Shown one piece after another: positions 50,950-63,527 of a stretch of DNA of 64,000 nucleotides. The notes beneath the pieces are model-generated. The model was not told the DNA's origin and made no database searches. It was given only the letters and a program-made list of their open reading frames with translations. Within the stretch, counting starts at the first letter, position 1, and each line of letters begins with the position of its first letter. A program made the translations under genes and the position numbers. Origin of the DNA: Utricularia gibba (taxonomy: Eukaryota; Plantae; Magnoliophyta); NCBI GenBank assembly GCA_002189035.1, contig NEEC01000014.1, forward strand, positions 1,302,001-1,366,000, in the 5' to 3' direction.

Positions 50950-53900
50950 TCACTGTAATTTAGAGGATTCCAAGAGCTGATGAAACCGTTGGGTTGCAGC
51001 CGCCTTGTGAGCTTGTGAATATTCATCTGTTGGTTGATGCCTTCTCCGTCCCAAACGCACAAAATAATCAGCAGTGTCGAGGACATATGAGATCTGAAGC
51101 AGGCATGAAGCACTCACAGATTAAGGTAACCAAAAGAAATTTAGCTAAGAAGCCTGTGTGTGTCCGAGCCAAAAATTGTCAATTTCTGCTTCGGCAGAAT
51201 AAAATGGAACTATACCTTGGATGTGCTGGATGCCATCTTGCACTCCAACCCATTTATGGTCCGGGTGCTTTCAGTTGCCTTAACAAGGGCAGAAATTTCG
51301 TCCAGATTGTGGTATTTCTGCATGTTCCTGGGACCAGCTCATGTAGGTTAGAGACGCAAGTTGATCAGCAATTACATTGGCAGCAGAGCTATCGGAAGTT
51401 GAAAAAACCCAGGTCACATGTGAAGGCATTGATTCAACTTATCATGGTCTCTGCAGTAAATTGATTGATTTACTGCAGAAAACGCCACATACCATTAGAT
51501 GAACTTTCTAGGGAGATATTGAGGATCTGTACCTCTTTAGCATAATAGCCGATGACTCCTTCCTCCCATGATTAACTGAAAGATAGTCATACTGAAGATA
51601 TGTAACAAAATTAGGATCAACTGAGACTGCAACGACTTCAGACTTCTCATTTCTGTCATCCATCAGTTGAATAGATAACCGAGTGGGATTGTATGTCTGC
51701 ATTAAAAAGGGACGGAGCTCAGGATGGACCAAAATCCCCTCAGAATAAAAGAAAAATCAGATGGCTTACACATTCGATCCGGTATACATTCTCGTCATGC
51801 AGAAGCACATGGACATTTTCATAGTGAACTGAATCCACATATTTCTGTGGCTTTCTGGACTTTTCGTAGTCAAACAACTGAAGAAGTTTACAGCACACGT
51901 CATCACTTGATACAATTTGGAGCTGTAAAAGCGCAATCCAAATTCAGAATTCAAGAAAATATATGAGCTAGAGGTGACCTTCCAACATACACGAGGAGTA
52001 AGAAAAACTTACCTGCTTCACCAACTTATATATCAGCTTGTCCAATGTAAAAAGGACATACGATTGGTTTCCAACCAGAGATTGGCAATCATCTTCAAAC
52101 TTTGCATTGTCAGAAGAGCCATCAAGCAAACTAAACAACGCATTCATAAACCTGAGGCGAGAGATAAACATTATCCAGAAAATAATTAAAGTGGGACTTC
52201 AAATATGTTGGAAAACTCAAGTGTCACTCTGTTACCTTGCATTTGGATCAGATGGTGCATCCTTTGTCGTTTTCAATCTTGTATCACTAGATACAGAATG
52301 CATCTTTGCAAACGATATTCTTTCATATAGTGTCTGCAGCAGTAACAGAGCAAATCATGTAGCATCCAAGAGATAATGCGAACTCAGATGATGGGGAGGG
52401 AACAGTTATAAATAAAAATATACCTGATGCAACCGAAAGAGTATGTACAAGGCATCATTTCCATAAAGAACCTGCTGCTCTTTCACCGTATCGTAAACTA
52501 ATGGTGAAGAAACAAGCTTGCAAATAGGCTTACATGTCACCAAATATTGCTCTGAAAGGGGAAGTGATTCACCATCACCAGCATGATAATTTGTGCCACA
52601 TGCAATCTCGGTCTCCCCTTCACTCTCAGCTTTAACATCAATGTCATCGTGGTCCACATCTTGCTCCTCGTGTTCTTCACGTGAGCAATCTTCAGAAGCA
52701 GACCCGGTTCCGGAAACATCTTCTCCATCCACGGAAATGTTTTCGCTGTCCTCATCATCTGCATCTACATCATTCTTATCCCTGGTATCTGCACAAATAT
52801 CCTCATTAATCCCCATTTGAACTCGAATCTTCGCACTAACTCCATTTTCCTCAGGTACAGCTTGCATACTACACTCTTGCGAGGATGCAAAATTGTCTTC
52901 AAAATCACAATTGGGTGACAGCTCACCCTCTTCCTTCTCAACTATGCAAGGATCAACAGAATCCTCCTTAAATATGTTAGTTCTGGACGCCTCCTCATAT
53001 TCAATATGTGCAGATGGATTCAATTTCAACATTTCCTCACCCAGCTGCATAATAATATGATTATATTAATAATTCTAATAATAAAAATAATAGTTCAGAC
53101 CCACAAGATCACATGATTAGAAGCGGAGAAGACCAGATATCGGGAAAGGGAAAACTAGTCAATAGTAAGAGAGGGTAAATCAGACAATTTAGTCACTCAA
53201 AATTCCTATTAAAGTGAAACTTAGAGTTCAATATCAGGAGGACAACCTCTGATGACAGCCTATCGTCTGCATCAAATTTTTCAGTGTCAACCTTCTCAAT
53301 GGGCCCATTCTTCGTAAGTGCAGTGTTTGCAACCAACACTTCAAATAAAATACATACAATTAGTCAGAATCCAATAGTAATCATGAAGAAAGGATAATTC
53401 CCGACTCACACATATGATTAGAATCCGGCATTGAAGAGGCACATATGTTATTTCTTTCAGTAGAGGGCATATCTTGTCCCTCTTTCACCCCTTCAACCAT
53501 GCTCACGGAACGAGCACTAAAATTCATAAGTTGGGATTGCATAGCAGAAGCATTATTGTAGGTCCTGAAGTCCTCGGAGGGTGTTACTGCAGCATCACCA
53601 ACAGGTTGGGCTTCAGCTTCGTCTGAATTCACGGTCTTATGATTTGGGCCACTGTCTCCCGTGGCATCCATTCCATTAGATCGGGTGCATATCCCCAGAA
53701 TGGGTTCAATGAAGTGAGTCCAAACTCTCAACACTTTTTGCATTTGATCTCTTGTTGAGCAAATCTCTTCACATGAGTACTTAATAATTCTGAAAATATC
53801 ATCCTGGACATCAGCATCAGCATACTCAAATTCCATGTGTGGACTGCAAGAATGCCTACTTCCAGCTGCAAGACCAAGAACAGCATCATCCTCCTTCTGC

Positions 53901-56900
53901 ATTTTATCCTTGATTTCTTTAATCTCAGCAACTAAGGCTGCCACAAGAAGATAAAAGAATGAATCAACATAAAGAAGATAAGGTTCAAGAACATTTCAAG
54001 TTCTCTAAGTGCAAAGCATTTAATACTACGCAGAAAGAGAGATGCAATAATGAAACATAAATAGCCTACATTTTGTACTCAAATTCTTTGAATCCTGCTG
54101 CTTAAAATAAAAGCTTCTGTGATCAAGTGTCTTGTAATGATTCTTCTGATATATCTCAGCCCAAACTTTGTTAAAATCTGAACGGCACTTAGTCCACTCC
54201 TCCTGCTTCTGCTTTAGGCGTGTCAGGATGACAGGTAACGCCAGAGAGGGATTTTTCCGCAAAATGTCCATTACATCCAGACCATGGTCACCATAGAGGC
54301 GCTCAATGCATCTTAAGTTGAGAGCTGTTTAAACCAAGAAAGAATTCAACAACTAACGGAAACTACAAATTTCTATATTGAGAGTTGTGAAATTTCAAGT
54401 GACTTGACAAGCCTGTGAAATGATCCTCAAACCGTATGTGGCCCTCTGTTCCAATTGAGTTATCTGTGATACTATTCAAAAGTTCCTCCACACGCTTGGA
54501 CGTAGAACTCACCGACTCCAACAGCATATCTAGTTCAAACCTGAAAAAAATATAATTAGGAATTCTCAGGCACTAGGAATGACATGACAAGATGGATAGA
54601 TGAAATGGAATACAACTTCAAAGTCTAAACCAATCCATAAACCATGTTAGCTTTCTATACCTATCATCTTCACATCTAAAAAGGCTTTCTTCGTACTGGT
54701 TTCTTCGCATGTGTTTAAAAGAATAATCCTCACTTCCAGATGTTACAGACACCCATTTGTCATTTAGAACCTGGTTACCAAGATCTGACCTCTGGCTAAC
54801 GGAGCACATTGGTACTGCATGGTCATAATTAACATAACGTCATTGAATGCAGATTACACTAGATTTACTTTTTTTAAAAAAAATCTGCATAAAGAAATAT
54901 TACATCATCAGGAAGAAGCCGATAACTGGGAGTACAGCATTCAGAATTAGAAAGGTCGAGCTCCTGAATGGACTTCCCAAAGTATTTAGAGTTGGGTCGT
55001 TCTTTCTCTTTACCACCCTCACCTTCACGTCTCTGCTCCTTTTCCTTATCCTCGAGTTTCAAATGTTTCGAGGAGCTTGCTTTGTTCCAGGATGACTCTG
55101 CTTCCAATGAAAAAAAAAATAGTCACGATAATATTTTACCCAGAAACAACAACAATGAAAACAGAAAAGCCATCTCTTTATGAACGAAGAATAATAGAAA
55201 ATGAGTAGATTGCATACTTTTTCCCATAACACCAGGCAGAAATCCATCTGAAGAATAAGAGAATGTATCAGAAACCCAACTAAAAAAGTAGGTTTTAAAC
55301 AGTCAAAACCAATGCATACCCATGCGTTCACACCGTTCCAGAAACTCATGAAAGCGCTCCAAAAGGTCTTGATGTTTTCCAATTATAGCAGCGACCTGTT
55401 CGCACATCAAGTGAGAAGAGATCCTACGCATTTTAGTTTTCCAAAATGTTGAAGGAAAACCATCAAGAGATACAGAAAAAACCAGTTTATCATCCTTCAC
55501 AAAAGAAAGAAACAAATCCACCTTGTTGATGATACTTTCCAAATCTAATTTCATTCACACTCACATAATAAACACATTTTGTAATGGAATAATCAGATAA
55601 ATAGAAAACTCCTCAATTTCCCAACATAAGAATGAAATAATTTGTCACAGGCTAAGCAGTCCTACCAAATCCTGCAATTCATGCCTACTGATGATTTCTT
55701 GGCTGTAAAGGTGAAGGCATTTCAAAAAATCCTGGTAATCATCTGCATTATGCAACCTCTCTTTGACTTTTTCACAGAAGCGAAACTCACGGCTGTATGC
55801 ACCTGCAAGACCAAACATGAAATAATTGTCAAAAGTGCGCATATGAATCGTAAGAATATTAAATGCAAAGATGAAATGTAAACTGCACGGACAATTATCT
55901 TTCTAACAGATTTTAGATGACATATTTCAAGAAAGAGAACAACTCTTTGGCTTTTTGCAACTTTTTGAACTCCGAGTAAGATGACTTTTGGCATGATTAA
56001 AGAGATCCGGGAATGCTTGATGGAACAGACTTTTAGATGATACAAGTGAAATCCGAAAAACAGGAGAGAGAAGTCTCACTTTTCAATGCATCTTTGTTAT
56101 CAAAGGAAGCAAACTTTGCAGTTCCTCCAAAGTCATCAGATTTTTTAGCAGACTTCCTTTTTTCCGAAACCCGATGCACATTAACTTCCAACTTATTCTC
56201 AGTGTCAAAATCCCCGCCATCCATATCACAGTTCCTCCTGTCTCTGTCCCTTTCAGCATGCTTCTTTTGCTCCTTGTGAATTTTTGTGGCTGTTTTATCT
56301 TCTTCGATATCTGGGCGCTCAACACTAAGGTCTCGTTCTATGTTTGGGTCTACAGACCTTTCTTTAAGTTGTCTCTGCTCATGAAATAACATGCCAAATA
56401 AACATCGATACAAGAGCACCAAAAACAAGCAATTGATTGCATTGGAAATAAACTTATAAAAACCTTCTCGATGTATGCGTTCCTCATTGCAGATAAGGAA
56501 GAGTTCCTCTCATCATTCCCGTTAGAGAAATGACGGCCCAAAGAACCATTAGAATATGCAGTAGCAGCTGCTGGCAAAAATTTTGTGAACTCATCTAGGA
56601 GGTCCGTATGGCCACGAAAAAGTGCAGCTACCTTCAGGTGAATATATTCAGATTGGTATGGTTTGACAATGAAAAACCCAACAACAGACACACTTAAGTG
56701 CACAGAAAATAAACTCCAGACATGACCAGCTCAAAGGAAAACACATACCTCTCTATAAACTTGAGTTATACTCTTGTGTTCCTTCCGGTACATGTTCAAG
56801 ATATCAAGAAATGACTTGTAAATGTGCTCATCATTCTGAAATCGTTTCTACAGGCGAATAATATCACTTAATAATGTGCATCATGGGATAAATAAAGACA

Positions 56901-57648
56901 AGAACATCATAAAATTAACAATTTTCACCTTAATTTTGTTCACAAAACAGATAGCTTCTTCAAACTCAACTGTCCGCTTAGGGGGAACTTGTTCATCATC
57001 AGTGAGAGATATTTCATAGCCCTTAGGCAAAAATGTATTAAATCCAAGGATTAGACTAGGATGCCCCTTAAACAATTCTTTCACTCTACGTATGACACCA
57101 GGTGTATCGATTCTGTGGGAAATAAAAGCTTCAGAATGCTTCAAGTGATTTCTAAAATTCAAAAGGTTTTCTTGGTAGAAACAAAGTTTTACCGTTGACC
57201 CTTGAAATCTTTCATAACATCAAGAAAGCAATCATATTTTCCCCTTTGATCTTGGAACGTGTCTTTGACTTGCTTCAAATAGCTTAAGGCATCATTCGTA
57301 GTGAGCTTTTGGGTGCTGCCAGGAGCTTCACCACCTGCCCCACTATTTCCAACATTAACAACACCACTCACACTATTTCCACCAGCCGCAGGAGATTGTG
57401 AAGTTCCGTGCCTATGACAATATTAATATGCGAATATGATTCATTCAAGTGATGAAAATCTGGAATCTTCGAATAAAATGGAATTGTTCATTCAAGCATC
57501 TGAACACAAGTCACCTTACAAAGAATGTCTACATTGATAAAATAATGGAAGAATTTAAAAGCTCTTACGAATCAGCGCGGGGAAACGTAGAACTAAACGG
57601 TCGCTTAAATGGAGGCCTCGAAGAAACCTCCTCACACAATCTCTTCAT
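50950..57648 (-). CDS. SNL1/2-like: Paired amphipathic helix protein SIN3-like (SNL1/2 type); one -1 frameshift in this sequence
   Basis: About 22 exons from MKRLCEEV (57648) to the stop at 50952-50950. PAH1 [38 protein letters not shown] region [53 protein letters not shown](P)MCS needs one extra base at 54811-54812. GC donor at 54412-54411. Confidence 0.94.
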
Positions 57649-58664
57649 CACCCGATCGGTATCCCAACCTAAACCTCACCAAAACAAACCAATAAGCCCA
57701 GAAAATACCGAAACTCACTTCAAAAGCACTACTAAGAGAAAAGACAAACCCCAAAGACCGTTTCTTTCGTGAAATCAATGCCTACACGCCGCGGTTCGGG
57801 AGAGGAACACCAGCCCCCGTCCCCCGAACGGAGCGACGACGTCCTTATATCGATCTCCCAATACAAAACAGTAACCCCGCCCTTCTTCAATCTGCCCCAA
57901 AAAAGGAGCGAAAACAGATCTAACCAACCGGAACACACCCCTGAAAACTGTCAGATACCGATCAAACTAACTCTTCAGATTCCGGCGCTATCAGTTCTTC
58001 GTTGTACTCCAAACTTCTCGTCGTCCGAACGTAAATAGTAGAACCCGGAACTCGGGAGTCCAGACCAACAACAAAGACTTGAAAAATGAAACCTTTCAAA
58101 CAGATTTGCGCAGCGTGTGTGCGTTGCCGGCACATTTATAGTGCCGCCACTGTGCATAACAATTCATTTTTTATTTCAAAAAAAAGCGTAAAACTAATTT
58201 CTTATAATTATTTTTCGAAACAATCAGATATTAAATTTAAATATTTGTAAATCCGACCTAAATATTTCCAAATTTAAGTGATTTTTGATAAATCGTCCGA
58301 CTTTCTTTTGAATTCTCCCGGGAAAGATCAAGGGTTTTCCCTCGGTGCCAACTTTGGATAAATTATTCTAAAATAATTTTTAAAATATTTACATAATTTT
58401 TCTAATTTCATTTATTAAAATTATTAGAATTGTATTAATTAAATGTTTTTATTTATTTTAAATATATTTATAAACACACAATAAATAATTTTGAAGTTAT
58501 GTGTGTAAAAAAACAGTATATTGAAAATGACTTTATCAAATATTTTTCATGTGTATTTATTTAATTGAAAAAAATGAACTCATAATTATCATTTTGGATA
58601 ATAAAAAAAGATTCAAAATCGAAAATAAATAAATAACTATGATATTTAAACTCTATTCTTGTTA

Positions 58665-58881
58665 GAATGTATTTGGTAAGTGGATAAATTATATTAAGTA
58701 TAAGAGTTAATATAGAAAAAATAAGTATATTATATTATAACTTTATACCAACTTCTTTTTTTTATTATTTTATCTCATATTCATAATATAAATTATTCTA
58801 AGTATAATTTATCCTACCTACCAAATATCATATTTTTTTCCATTTAATTATACATTTTTATCTTTTATACCAAATACATTC
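58665..58881. mobile_element. Tourist/PIF-Harbinger-type MITE, 217 bp
   Basis: Perfect 14-bp TIR GAATGTATTTGGTA (58665-58678) / TACCAAATACATTC (58868-58881), TTA TSD at 58662-58664 and 58882-58884, AT-rich interior. Confidence 0.85.
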
Positions 58882-59291
58882 TTAGTGTATTGGGATTTAA
58901 GGAATATTCATAAAACATATGATATTTTTGTATATCATTCGCTTTTGATGTGATATCTTTTAAATCGTAATAATTAATACTGTTTAAAGTATATCATTTT
59001 AAATTTTGATTTTTTTCCAAATTAAATAATTTCTATTGTGTAGGCATAGAGCAAAAATTGGAGTTTTCTTCTGTTTTATTTTTATATTATTATCTTCTGT
59101 TCTTTATCCGCAAACAAAATCAAACGACGTCTTTGTGATGGAGAACTTTTTTGTTGTAGCCGGCGTTTGCCACTTGGCATCGCGCAGAAGATAACAGCAG
59201 CTGCCAATTGCATGGCTCATTTCCGCTCACCGCCGCTCACTCCATCGCTCTCTCTCTGCCACTTCATATTGCTGCAGTTTTTGTACCAGCA

Positions 59292-61763
59292 ATGGCGACG
59301 ATGCCTGTTTGTTTTCTCAACCCCTATACGGTTCAAGGTGGGGTTCCTACCGCTCGTTGTCCGCAGATTTCAAACGAAATGTTTCCACCCAGAAATCGAT
59401 CTTCGGTCTCAATACAGTCTCACAAGATGACACCCAGTTGCTCAAACTCATCAGGTGACCAGTAAATGTATTTTTTCAAAGGCTCCTCTTTTTTGTGGTT
59501 GCAAATGGGGTTATCTGGAACTGTTTGCGCTTACGATCTGAGGAAAGGGAATCATGTGAACTCTGGAGATTAAGCTAGAGAGCTCTGTTTTGAATTCGTT
59601 ACCAAGTTTGCATCTTTTATGATTGATGATGATGATGCCCTGTTGTGCAAATACATTAGTTGTTCAGAGATTCTTTTATTTGCGTGCCTTATTCATCAAT
59701 CATTTGGATGCTGTGGATATCCTTTCTCTGCCCTTAGGTTCTCTGATTTCCAAGTGTGGTGAAAAAATGCTAGTGGGTTGCTAGGTGAAGTACATGGAGT
59801 GGAGATGAGAACTGATACAAGTTTTGGTTGCACGTATTCTTTTATTTTCTTCCAACCACAAGACGCAGAGTTGCTCATTCACAGTTAAGTGAATTGGTGT
59901 TGTTGGCATAGGAGTTGGAAGCTCATGGATGAAAATCAAGGAGAAAATTGATGAACCAAGAAGGGAAGGTCGACTGAAGTCTGTCTTTCCAAAGATTCCG
60001 GCTGAAGTTTCTTCTGTAGAGGACCTTTTCGAATTTATATGCTCAGGTCCTCTTGTGGAAAAAATCGGCCTTACCTCTGAGAAGGTGGCTGAGTCCATTG
60101 ACAAGTGGATTGTATATGGATCACAGCTTTGCCGGCTGTTTAAAATAAATGAACTCTTTCTCTCAGAAGCTCAGAAGGTTCGAATCTTCCATTACTATAT
60201 ACCAGTTTTAATGTGGTGTGAGCAGGAAATCTCCAATCATCGTTCCATGTTCAAAGAAGGAGATGATATCCCCCTTTAGTGGTAAACAAGCACCTTGATT
60301 CAATGCTGTTTTAGTGTATCATGGTAAGCCATTTGCTGTTCCACTTGGTTTAGGAAATGTTGTGTTTGCAGATTGGTTTCAGTGCACCCCAAGGTTGTGG
60401 TAAGACCACACTCGTCTTGGCACTGAGATTCCTTCTCAATCTTGCAGGGAGGTGAATCCAACATACTGTTCAAGTTTCATGTTATTTTACATGTTTGGAA
60501 AGACCACTAAACACTCATTCTTTCAGAAACACAGAGGTTATCTCCATTGACGATTTTTATCTTACAGCAGAAGATCAGGTACAAGTAAAATCACTCCTTT
60601 TGGTGTATTTCCTTTTCATGAATCTACAGTGTCGAATTTAGGCAAAACTCAGAGAAGCTAACCCTGGGAATGCACTTCTAGAGGTATGAAACTTACCTGT
60701 TGTACTGGACATGTCATTGTGTTTTATCTGAAATCCATCTCTTATCATATTGAAACAGTTCCGTGGGAATGCTGGCAGCCATGATCTTTCCTTATCTCTG
60801 GAAACACTAACGTCCTTAAAGAAACTGACTGCACGAGGTATGACTGTACTGCCAGTTGAGTGTACATTTGAACTGCAGCTAACTGTGATATGCACTACCA
60901 AAATTTAGGCCAGAGAATGAAGATCCCTCGCTATGACAAGGTAATCAAACTCTTGCCCAGCAATGTCAAGTTTGAAACTCAAACCTGTGTTGTCATTTGC
61001 TCAGTCCGCATATAGAGGTAGAGGTGACAGAGAAGATCCTTCAAAATGGCCAGAAGTGGAAGGCCCTCTAACGGTAACTTGATGGTGTTCATATTCTGAA
61101 CACCCCCACATCACAACGTTTACATTTCGCTGCTAATGAAGTTATGATCAGTAGGCTGTTCTGTTTGAGGGCTGGATGCTGGGTTTTAGGCCTCTTCCTG
61201 TTGAAGTTGTCAAGTCAGTAGATCCACAGGTCTGTAGAGCACATGAAAATCTTATAAACTTGTTATCATCTTCCTCAAACGCAACTAGGTGTTGATATAT
61301 TGCAGTTGGTGGTCATCAATAAAAATTTAGAAGCATATAATGAAGCATGGGATCAGTTCATCAATTCCTGGATTGTAATCAAAATACAGGACCCAAGCTA
61401 CGTCTATCAGTGGCGTTTACAGGTACTCAGGAATGACACTAGATGAGTCTGTCTTGTTTTGTAAAAGTACCACACGAACCACCATTTCATTTCAGGCAGA
61501 GATTGGTATGAGAGAAGCAGGAAAAACCAGCATGACTGATGATGAGGTATATGTTTCTCCCCATTGTTTTCTCAAGGAAGCAAAATGTTTCCTGCATTTA
61601 GCACCTCTTGTGTACACAGGTGAGGGACTTTGTCTCCAGATATATGCCTGCATACAAAGCATATCTTCCCACACTATATGCTGAAGGGCCAAATGGGTCC
61701 GATCCGTCTCATACTTTGGTCGTCGACATTGATGAAGGCCGGAACCCCATCCTAGCCAATTAG
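59292..61763 (+). CDS. GLYK: D-glycerate 3-kinase, chloroplastic; one -1 frameshift in this sequence
   Basis: 11 exons: 59292-59454, 59912-60281, 60372-60451, 60527-60578, 60642-60683, 60759-60837, 60909-60940, 61005-61073, 61155-61230, 61306-61422, then 61496-61546 and 61620-61763 (12 counting both). P-loop IGFSAPQGCGKTT, ISIDDFYL, FRGNAGSHDL, LFEGWMLGF. DIP(P)LV needs one extra C at 60270-60274. Confidence 0.94.
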
Positions 61764-62777
61764 TTAACTCACACTCTGTGTTGAGCTTTTTACTGCTAAA
61801 AAGGGTATCAGTCGTGTCTGTGTATTAACTGAAAGGTAGAATACAAATACCATACAGATATATTTTATTCATCATCCGTGTTTCAATGCTGCAGTTGTAA
61901 TTTTCTTGATGTAATGATATGACTTTAACAGCACGATATGAGATCAAAGCAGCAATCACAAGCCTCATCACAGTACCAGCAGCAGCATAAAGTGAACAAA
62001 CTGTAAAGCACAGAGGGACATAACTTAATATGCTTACCAACAAAAGCCATTTAGCCACGACTAACTGGGATGAGTAAGTAAATGTACAAATGAAGATACT
62101 TGATGGTAGATAAAAGCAAAAGAGGATACCAGGCGTAGAGGCATGGCTTCTTTCCACGCCTTTTCAGGATAATTTCATGGTAGGAGATCGCCTGATTCTG
62201 CGGAGCATCCATTTCTGGAAAGCTGAAGGCTGAGGGAAACTTTGTGGCATGTCTCATGCATTTAATGAAACTGGAAACCTTTTTCCAAGTAGCTTCATCA
62301 ACATCTGTTGAAATCTTGAGTTATCTATCCCTAGCACCTACCTCAAGCCACTTTAGTTGAAAGTAACATATGATTGCCTTAACAGATCTTCAGTGGACAC
62401 TCTCACAGAACATTAAACTCAGTAGCAAATTAATCTACTAGATATGAACTGGGGTTCCCAACAGAAGTTCCATTCTTTGTTTAATGATTACTAAGGAAAC
62501 AGATGCTTTATGATTGCAAAAGGGTTTAATCAAACACCAACGCTATGGTGCTAAGCAAAGTGAAACAGAGGCATGATAGGCATACAATGAAACATCAAGG
62601 TTACATTTCCATGGCAACGGGAAAGGGAGGCTTACAGGCCTAGTCACAATGAAGGCCAATAAAAGGAATTCAACTCAATCACAAGGCAAGCAATGAGAAA
62701 ATCAAGGGAAATATTTCACTAGCACAACGAAATCACACTGAAACAGGTTAATATTACTATATGGGGGTGATCCGAAA

Positions 62778-63527
62778 TCATTCAGCCTTCTTCAAAGCAA
62801 ACTTGGTGTACTCCTCGGCCTCATTCACCCAAAGATCACCGAAGTCAACATCCTTCCACTGCTCGAACCACGGTCCTCCTAGAGTGTAATGTATTGCCTT
62901 GGGATACGTGGTATCATCTCCCTCAACAACCTTGTTATGCCCAACAAGGAAGTTCCACACAAATGGAATGGATCCAATCTCATCATCATTCAACCACTGG
63001 AACCTATGCAGAAATGCTCCTGTCTCAGTATTCACCACTTGAGGGGTAAGAATCTTGTTTTTTGGGTGCCCACAATTGTACAAAACCATTGAAGACCAGT
63101 TCTTTCTAGGATACACTGTCTGCACTGCACCATCCATTTTAGTGGTCTCCTTGGGTGCGTACTCATGGTGCACGCACATAGCAGCATACTTATCATCAAT
63201 CAGATCAACTAGTTTCTTGATATCGTCGACATACAAGAAATCGCAATCCACAAACATAGCCCATCCCTCGTAACCCGCAAGATGTGGAGTCAAAAATCTA
63301 GTGAAGGAGAACTCAGTGCTCTCCGTTTTCCCTCTCTCGCGCCAATACAGGCCCCTTTCCCGCAACTCAGATTGCACAATTGGGTAAATCTCAAGTGGGA
63401 TTGAAGATCTCTTAAGCATAGAATACCGACAAACCTCAAAAGCAGTATCTTCCCGCGGATCATACCCTATGAAAACCTTGAACGGCTTCACATGTCCATT
63501 CCCGTTCTCTATTCCTCCGACCGACAT
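62778..63527 (-). CDS. CDI: Protein CDI (nucleotide-diphospho-sugar transferase), single-exon CDS
   Basis: FIGYDPRED, STEFSFTRFLTPHL, DXD motif FVDCDFLY, YPRKNWSSMVLYNCGHP, IHYTLGGPWF. Confidence 0.93.
   Translation of the reverse strand: MSVGGIENGNGHVKPFKVFIGYDPREDTAFEVCRYSMLKRSSIPLEIYPIVQSELRERGLYWRERGKTESTEFSFTRFLTPHLAGYEGWAMFVDCDFLYVDDIKKLVDLIDDKYAAMCVHHEYAPKETTKMDGAVQTVYPRKNWSSMVLYNCGHPKNKILTPQVVNTETGAFLHRFQWLNDDEIGSIPFVWNFLVGHNKVVEGDDTTYPKAIHYTLGGPWFEQWKDVDFGDLWVNEAEEYTKFALKKAE

Noticed and set aside
62280-62640. Possible 3' UTR intron of CDI (GTAAG donor at 62635 on minus)
   Set aside because: The donor and acceptor pairing is ambiguous without transcript data.
11369-63273. Many 60-200 aa ORFs in the supplied track that overlap real genes in other frames or antisense (e.g. 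11589-12152, 14590-15015, 39625-40233, 50994-51464)
   Set aside because: Shadow ORFs of GC-rich exons or intron read-through, with no independent motifs.
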